Assembly: GCF_963853765.1 (NCBI RefSeq) | Contig: NC_088860.1 | Coordinates: 868,001-932,000 of the forward strand | Source of the DNA: Magallana gigas | Taxonomy: Eukaryota | Direction of reading: 5' to 3' | DNA length: 64,000 nt | Shown here: piece after piece, positions 62,060 through 64,000 of the stretch | Position numbering within the stretch: position 1 is the stretch's first letter | How the letters are laid out: the number at the start of each line of letters is the position of its first letter | Program-made: the position numbers and the translations under genes | The notes under the pieces: generated by a model | What the model saw: the letters and a program-made list of their open reading frames with translations, nothing else | Told to the model about the DNA's origin: nothing | Database searches by the model: none

Positions 62060-63098
62060 CATTGATCGGTGTACCACTTACTTACCACTATTTCATTGAT
62101 CTGTCTACCACTTATTTACCACTATTTCATTGATCGGTGTACCATTTACTTTCCACTTTCATTGATCAGTGTACCATTTACTTACCACTACATGTATTTC
62201 ATTGATTGGTCTACCATTTACTTACCATTATTTCATTGATTGTTCAACATTTACTTACCACTATTTCATTGATCGGTGTACCATTTACTTACCACTATTT
62301 CATTGATCGGTGTACCATTGACTTACCAATATTTCATTGATCGGTGTACCATTGACTTACCAATATTTCATTGATCGGTGTACCATTGACTTACCACTAT
62401 TTCATTGATCGGTGTACCATTGACTTTCCACTTTTTCATTGATCGGTCTACCATTTACCTACCACTTTTTCATTGATCGGTGTACCATTTACCTACCACT
62501 ATTTCATTGATCGGTGTACCATTGACTTACCACTATTTCATTGATCGGTGTACCATTTACTTTCCACTTTTTCATTGATCGGTCTACCATTTACTTTCCA
62601 CTTTTTCACTGATCGGTCTACCATTTACTTTCCACTATTTCATTGATCGGTGTACCATTGACTTACCAATACTTCATTGATCGGTGTACCATTTACTTTC
62701 CACTATTTCATTGATCAGTGTACCATTTACTTACCAATATTTCACTGATCGGTGTACCATTTACTTACCACTATTTCATTGATCAGTGTACCATTGACTT
62801 ACCAATACTTCATTGATCGGTGTACCATTTACTTTCCACTATTTCATTGATCGGTGTACCATTGACTTACCAATATTTCACTGATCGGTGTACCATTTAC
62901 TTTCCACTATTTCATTGATCAGTGTACCATTTACTTACCAATATTTCACTGATCGGTCTACCATTTACTTACCACTATTTCATTGATCAGTGTACCATTT
63001 ACTTACCAATATTTCATTGATCAGTGTACCATTGACTTACCACTATTTCATTGACCGGTGTACCATTTACTTTCCACTATTTCATTGAACAGTGTACC
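62060..63098. repeat. 34-bp minisatellite, about 30 copies
   Basis: Unit TTCATTGATCGGTGTACCATTTACTTACCACTAT; many units contain ACTTACC (GGTAAGT on the minus strand). Confidence 0.92.
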
Positions 63099-63326
63099 TT
63101 TATCTCTTTATACTTCAAACAGACTTAGCCTAGTACCACGTTAACTTACAACTTTTCCACTGACTTAATTAACCTTTTTAACTTACAACTTTTCCACTGA
63201 CTTAATTAACCTTTTTAACTTACAACTTTTCCCCTGACTGAGACAAACATTTTAATTTACTCTTCTCTAACAAACACATATAGTGCAATACTACGAACAA
63301 CCAATTTGAATTAGTTATAAATGTGA

Positions 63327-63904
63327 AAGAACTTTATATGATAAGAGTTAAATTTGGCCCCATAATTCGCCATTTTTTAAGTGTTTCGGGTACAATAAAA
63401 TGTTATCTAATTTTTTAGAAGAGTTGATATAAAATATATTTTTCATTTATTTATTTGATTTATTTGCACTCACTGCCAGTATATGACGTCAGAAGTGCCA
63501 CCATTTCTATAATTCAATCAAAATCAGCCAAAAATTGACATTTTTCTTATCTATTTACAAATGGGAAATATAGAACGCATGCTTGAACAAGGAAAATTTT
63601 TTTGTCACTTATTAGTCTTGGCTAGATACATCTCTGATTATAATATTTTATTTGTTCAAGAATGCGCTCTGTTTTCGGAAGGAAAAACTGCTTGAAAACA
63701 AGCTGTTTTACGCTAAAAATGCAAAAATTGCGGGAAAAGGTTGTCTTTACAATGTCATATTTCTAAATTGTGGGCACTTGAACCAAAATGAATATTACGT
63801 AAACAAATCACATACATATCTGTACTAAGAAAACAAAGAATGATAGTAAAATGATGATGTTCATTTTAGGGGGCCATTTTAGGCCCTTATCATATATAGT
63901 CCTT
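63327..63904. mobile_element. Probable degenerate TIR element, about 580 bp
   Basis: AAAGAACTTTATATGATAAGAGTTAAATTTGGCCCC versus reverse complement of the end, AAAGGACTATATATGATAAGGGCCTAAAATGGCCCC; no clear TSD. Confidence 0.5.
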
Positions 63905-64000
63905 TGGTTACAAAAAGTTTTTTTACTTACATGTAGGGGAATTAAACTGAATCTGCAGCAAGCCTGAATAGTTATAAGTGTGTTTTCTCTAACTCACTAC

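Noticed and set aside
63098-63130. Upstream exon of the ALMS-motif gene (AG...AAAG|GTACAC)
   Set aside because: Stop codons in all three frames.

Overview
AT-rich, intron-rich animal genomic DNA, most likely a bivalve such as an oyster (inferred from the Mab-21/cGLR family and the transposon types). From left to right it holds four things. (1) The 5' part of a minus-strand ankyrin-repeat gene. (2) A complete 14-exon CDC23/APC8 gene (7250-31877, +), head-to-head with the ankyrin gene. (3) Two further tandem, promoterless and damaged CDC23 copies (B, about 34.0-50 kb; C, about 50.7-59.7 kb). (4) The last three exons of a convergent ALMS-motif gene at 60.6-61.4 kb. Each CDC23 unit carries, antisense inside intron 6, an intact cGAS-like receptor gene (cGLR: Mab-21 nucleotidyltransferase plus a helical/TPR-like C-terminus). 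The innate-immune gene has therefore been amplified three-fold by tandem duplication of its cell-cycle host gene, whose extra copies are decaying. The middle cGLR looks like a chimera made by unequal crossover inside the ORF: its C-terminal half and left flank are C-like, its right flank and most of its N-terminal half are A-like. Many introns hold minisatellites built from the splice junctions themselves. Several non-autonomous transposons have clean empty sites in the paralogous copies. All exon models and comparisons were made by eye; no database search was run.
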